A stretch of 10,950 nt of DNA from Leptospirales bacterium (GTDB taxonomy: Bacteria; Spirochaetota; Leptospiria; Turneriellales; JAOUFE01), in the NCBI GenBank assembly GCA_040326155.1, contig JBEQLE010000105.1:1-10950 (forward strand), in the 5' to 3' direction. The position numbers and the translations under genes were made by a program. This document shows, in pieces, positions 7,530 to 10,950 of this stretch. Position 1 is the first letter of the stretch. Every line of letters begins with the position of its first letter. The notes below the pieces were generated by a model, which saw only the letters and a program-made list of their open reading frames with translations, did not search any database and was not told the origin of the DNA.

Positions 7530-9140
7530 TTATTCTTGCTTTATATTTATTTTCCACTCCATGAGATTTAACCCGATGGGGTGTTCGATTACATTTGTAA
7601 AACGTTTATCTAAAACGACGAGGCTGTAGGAAGTGTAGAGAAATGTGTAGGGTTGCTCTTCGTATAAAATTTCATGAAACCTTTGGTACATTCGGTTTCG
7701 TTTTGCGGCGTTAAACTCCGTGCGGGCATTTACAATAATTTCGTCCATCTCGGGTGTGGTGAAACCGGTGAAGTTATCTCCATTTTTTACCTGGGAACTA
7801 TGCCAAAGTTGGTATGGGTCCCCTTCTACCCCCATGGACCACCCAAGCATTAAAGCTTCAAAATTCCTTTCGTTGATTTTTTCGATAAGAGCTTGAAACT
7901 GAATTTGCCGAATTTCGACTTCGATACCGGCCATTTTCATGTCTTCTTTAAAGACGGGTACAAATCTTTCGTAGAATTTATTTCCAGAAGGAACCAGAAG
8001 TTCAAACTTAAACGGTTTTCCGTCTTTATCGAGAATGCCATCGCCATCGGCGTCAATAAAACCAGCCTCGCTTAGCAAAGCTTTGGCTTTTTCGGGGTCA
8101 TAAGGTCGAGAAACCAGTTTTTTATTGTACTGGGGACTATTTAACCAGAAATTTCCAGTTGTTGTAACGGCTAACCCTTCGAGTATGGTTTGACGAATTT
8201 TCTCGCGATTGGTTAAGTATGCCATTGCCACCCTTACTCGTTTATCGTTAAATGGAAATTTTCGGGTGTTGTAACCAATGTATCGATAGCCTGCGGATAG
8301 GTATTTATACCTATTAAAATTATGTTTAAATCTGTCAGAAGTGAGTTGTCTTTGCCATTGAAAGGGAGTGACACTCATGTAATCGAGATCGCGTTTTTTT
8401 AAGGCCTGCAAGGCGACGTCAACCTTCTCAATAATTTTATACTCTATCGTTCGAATTTCTGGTTTTTTACCCCAGTAGTTTTCATTACGAACTAAGGTAA
8501 CTTTCTGACTTGAAACCCAGGTTTTGAATTTATAGGGGCCGGTACCAATGGGTTTTCGGGTATTATATTCATTGACCACAAAGTCTTCGACTTTGGAAAA
8601 TATATGTTTTGGAATAATACTCATGGACCCGATGTGTTCTAAGATCATGAAATATGGTTTTTTCATGCGAATAACAATCGTGTAATCGTCTGTGGCGTAC
8701 AATGTCTCAACATCTGCAAAATAAACTTTCATGTGTGGGTTGGGAACGGTTTTATCCATTACTTTATTAAATGTAAAAACGACATCTTGAGCGGTAAAAG
8801 GTGTGCCATCGTGAAACTTAACATCTTTTCGCAGGTAAAATTTTATCGTTTTTTTATCTTGTGAAATCTCCCATTTTCTGGCGAGACTTGCTTTTAGCTT
8901 TAAAGTTGCATAATCTCGCTCTAACATCGATTCATAAATTCTGCCAGCTATTTGACTTGAATAAGCGTCGCGCAGCAATACCGGGTTAAAGTTTTTTGGA
9001 TTCGTCGATATAAGAGTGCGTAATGTATAAGGATCTTTTTTTGTTAAAACTGACGGTGAGCAAAACGAGGCGCTGATTCCAATGATACCAATTAGAACCA
9101 GGACTGTAAGTTTTCTATATAAAGATAAGTTTAACTGCAT
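7530..9140 (-). CDS. Peptide/nickel ABC transporter substrate-binding lipoprotein (SBP family 5, OppA/AppA-like)
   Basis: PKNFNP, IYESML, LARKWEISQDKKTIKFYLRKDVKFHDGTPFTAQDVVFTF (family 5 signature), PIGTGPYKF, RNENYWG, FNDKRVRVA, YDPEKAKALLSEAGF.DADGDGILDKDGKPF. ATG 9140 gives a normal signal peptide ending in ISASF-C27 (Cys codon 9060-9062); the TTG start at 9203 seems less likely. Confidence 0.92.
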   Translation of the reverse strand: MQLNLSLYRKLTVLVLIGIIGISASFCSPSVLTKKDPYTLRTLISTNPKNFNPVLLRDAYSSQIAGRIYESMLERDYATLKLKASLARKWEISQDKKTIKFYLRKDVKFHDGTPFTAQDVVFTFNKVMDKTVPNPHMKVYFADVETLYATDDYTIVIRMKKPYFMILEHIGSMSIIPKHIFSKVEDFVVNEYNTRKPIGTGPYKFKTWVSSQKVTLVRNENYWGKKPEIRTIEYKIIEKVDVALQALKKRDLDYMSVTPFQWQRQLTSDRFKHNFNRYKYLSAGYRYIGYNTRKFPFNDKRVRVAMAYLTNREKIRQTILEGLAVTTTGNFWLNSPQYNKKLVSRPYDPEKAKALLSEAGFIDADGDGILDKDGKPFKFELLVPSGNKFYERFVPVFKEDMKMAGIEVEIRQIQFQALIEKINERNFEALMLGWSMGVEGDPYQLWHSSQVKNGDNFTGFTTPEMDEIIVNARTEFNAAKRNRMYQRFHEILYEEQPYTFLYTSYSLVVLDKRFTNVIEHPIGLNLMEWKINIKQE

Positions 9141-9277
9141 ACCACCAGATATTGTCAGGAATTTAGAAAGGCAATCAGAAATAAAGTTTTCTAACCAAAA
9201 CAAGATAAAAATCGGTAATTTTTACTTGCTTTCATATACTTAATGTGTTGAATTTTATTAGAAACAGACGATAATAA

Positions 9278-10249
9278 ATGTATTCTGGAATGAATGTTAT
9301 GCGAAAAAAAACTGCTATTATACCTCTTTTTGTACTTTTATATCTAATTCTGAGTTCCTCCATTGTGTATCCCGTGATGGCCGACCGTTCTTTTATGGTG
9401 AAAGCTCTGCCTGAGAACAGGTCTTTTATCGATTTTATAAGCGTCAGCGTTACGAACTTCGGAACAGGGGAACATTATGATCTGTTGGAAGAAGCCTATC
9501 TGTTTGATTACTATGCAAATTTAGAATATTTAAAAGGGGAATATACGAATTCTCACCGAAAACTATTGTCCAGTCAAAAAGTATTACGCGATTTATACTA
9601 TGATATATTGACAAAAATATACGAACCTGACGCAAGTAATTTGCTTCAGATGAGCGCACCTGTTATCTTACTTGCCAAAGATAAAAAAGGTGAATATTAT
9701 TTAACGAATGGGTACCAACACCTGGACAAAGCAATTTCAATCAGATTGAGGGGATATAATTATAACAAGTTTTTATACTCCAACAAAATTCGATTTTATC
9801 GTATGGCAATTACGGAGATCAGGCTGGCTAAGAAATATGCCTTAATGGCCCTTATTGAAAGCAACACTCCGATCGTTGATAAAGATGATTACAGGTTACA
9901 GTCTATAAACGAAGCCAAGGGAGTCCTTGAACCAACTAAAATTACCCAATACGAAAAAATAAAATATGGAATATTAAATAACATATCCAGAAAAAATCTC
10001 CCGGACGACTTTCTATTTTTACTGCACCATAACGATAATTATAACTATATTTTTAACAATAAAGAGTCAGCCTTGACCGAGATTACACGTAGAACCCGAG
10101 GCAACTTAATTAAACCGAAAACCATGAACAAAACAACCCCGAACAATACAGACCCAGGCAAAACGGACCCTGAAAATACAGATAATACAGCCACTGACGA
10201 CATAAAACCGGACACAGACGACTCCAGCTCTGACGATACAACCCCCTGA
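9278..10249 (+). CDS. Secreted helical protein resembling the Leptospira OmpL37 adhesin family, with an acidic low-complexity tail
   Basis: Signal peptide MRKKTAIIPLFVLLYLILSSS. Segments ENRSFIDFISVSVTNFG, GEY..S.RKLLSSQ...RDLY, APVILLAKDKKGEYYLTNGY and SNKIRFY..AI..IRLAKKYALMALIES match the OmpL37-family pattern as I recall it. The true start may be ATG 9299 (GGA 9 nt upstream). Confidence 0.6.
   Translation: MYSGMNVMRKKTAIIPLFVLLYLILSSSIVYPVMADRSFMVKALPENRSFIDFISVSVTNFGTGEHYDLLEEAYLFDYYANLEYLKGEYTNSHRKLLSSQKVLRDLYYDILTKIYEPDASNLLQMSAPVILLAKDKKGEYYLTNGYQHLDKAISIRLRGYNYNKFLYSNKIRFYRMAITEIRLAKKYALMALIESNTPIVDKDDYRLQSINEAKGVLEPTKITQYEKIKYGILNNISRKNLPDDFLFLLHHNDNYNYIFNNKESALTEITRRTRGNLIKPKTMNKTTPNNTDPGKTDPENTDNTATDDIKPDTDDSSSDDTTP
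10127..10201 (+). repeat. Five degenerate 15-bp / 5-aa coding repeats (NKTTP NNTDP GKTDP ENTDN TATDD)
   Basis: AACAAAACAACCCCG / AACAATACAGACCCA / GGCAAAACGGACCCT / GAAAATACAGATAAT / ACAGCCACTGACGAC. Thr is at position 3 in every unit and Asp at position 4 in four units. Confidence 0.55.
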
Positions 10250-10254
10250 CCCAG

Positions 10255-10851
10255 ATGAGTGATGCATTGAAACCGCAAAAAGTTCCAAAAGCAGTTAAAA
10301 ACTTTGCCCTTGTAATATTATTTTTATTCAGTCAATTTTTATATGCAGCTGCGACGTATGAAGATTTTGTCTCCAAAGGAAATCGTAATTTAAAAATTAT
10401 TGAAAGGTTATATTTTAAATACCCTTTAGCTCCGGTAAAACGAAAAATAGCTTTCAAAATAATTGAGAATTGGAATTCTATCACTTTGCAATACCCGGAT
10501 GCAAATAGAAATGATCGAAAAACTCTTTACGTTAATCTGAAAACAGAGTATTCGAAATCGAACTCTCTGTTACGAGATATTTCCATTGAGCTTGCCAACT
10601 TGTTCGACCGAACTTATAACTCAATAGCAAGTAGAATAATAGATGCTGAATTACCAACCGCGCAGAGGAACGATGCATTATCACGGATGCAAATTGCAAA
10701 ACAAGAGTTTGCACGCGCTGAAGCGGGGTATCGAAACAAGCAATTTTATTACAGCTCGCATCTTTACGATCGAAGTATTACCATTTTATTGAATATTTAC
10801 AACACTCTAAATTGGGAAATGCCCGCTTCAGCGATTGGCATTATTCTCTAA
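10255..10851 (+). CDS. Hypothetical exported alpha-helical protein
   Basis: 198-aa ORF starting 5 nt after the upstream stop. It has a basic N-region, hydrophobic FALVILFLFSQF and an LYA/AA cleavage-like site, followed by amphipathic helical sequence. No family recognised. Confidence 0.7.
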   Translation: MSDALKPQKVPKAVKNFALVILFLFSQFLYAAATYEDFVSKGNRNLKIIERLYFKYPLAPVKRKIAFKIIENWNSITLQYPDANRNDRKTLYVNLKTEYSKSNSLLRDISIELANLFDRTYNSIASRIIDAELPTAQRNDALSRMQIAKQEFARAEAGYRNKQFYYSSHLYDRSITILLNIYNTLNWEMPASAIGIIL

Positions 10852-10950
10852 GAGTATTTCCACTTGTTAAATCTATAATTTTCGACGGTTTTGAGGGCAC
10901 ATAATCGGTATCGTAAAATATATCATCAATTTCAGCTCCAAAAGTTTCTT
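10841..10950 (-). CDS. tsaC: 3' end of a probable L-threonylcarbamoyladenylate synthase (TsaC/YrdC/Sua5 family); not in the ORF track
   Basis: The minus frame from 10948 reads ETFGAEIDDIFYDTDYVPSKPSKIIDLTSGNTLRE*. This matches the YrdC C-terminal pattern F..xDxI...PSxI(I/V)DL....LR. The stop is at 10843-10841. Only 35 codons are visible. Confidence 0.6.
   Translation of the reverse strand, partial: ETFGAEIDDIFYDTDYVPSKPSKIIDLTSGNTLRE

Noticed and set aside
1147..8075. Short ORFs of 60-99 aa (1147, 2344, 3057, 3124, 4147, 5428, 5583, 5742, 6087, 6808, 6844, 7124, 7218, 7893)
   Set aside because: They are shadow or alternate frames overlapping well-supported genes, with no recognisable motifs.
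9205..9277. Sigma28-like boxes (GACGATAA on +, ACCGAT on -) and TTGAAT-N16-GATAAT
   Set aside because: The partner -35 elements or spacings are imperfect, and the matches cannot be told from chance in AT-rich DNA.
9304..9311. A8 tract in the signal-peptide region as a phase-variation site
   Set aside because: Similar A/T runs occur in housekeeping genes here (e.g. 4917-4924 in glyS), reflecting Lys codons and low GC.
9450..10714. Minus-strand ORFs at 9450, 10045, 10106 and 10532
   Set aside because: They are antisense to coherent + genes. The hydrophobic Val/Ser runs simply mirror the Thr/Asp repeat codons.
1..10950. CRISPR array, tRNA/rRNA, IS, prophage or defence system
   Set aside because: No spaced repeats, cloverleafs, terminal inverted repeats, or recombinase/nuclease motifs were seen, and the intergenic spaces are short.

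Overview
AT-rich, densely coding chromosomal window. It most likely comes from a Leptospirales-like spirochaete (inferred from an OmpL37-like protein, a Leptospira-style ZapB N-terminus and a spirochaete-type lipobox). The left half is one co-directional minus-strand run: Scs7/FA2H-type fatty acid hydroxylase, glyS (no adjacent glyQ), class V PLP aminotransferase, hisZ, lolA and zapB (truncated at the edge). Divergent from it is a degenerate HD-GYP-like protein that has lost one metal site but keeps the other. That gene converges with a stand-alone OppA/AppA-type lipoprotein. Two secreted helical proteins follow on the + strand; the first is OmpL37-like with an xxTDx repeat tail. The 3' end of a probable tsaC/Sua5-family gene enters from the right edge. 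I see no RNA genes, mobile elements, CRISPR arrays or defence systems, and no clearly new multi-gene system. The best leads are the pseudo-phosphodiesterase, the orphan glyS and the hydroxylase heading a housekeeping run. All family assignments come from motif recognition, not database searches.
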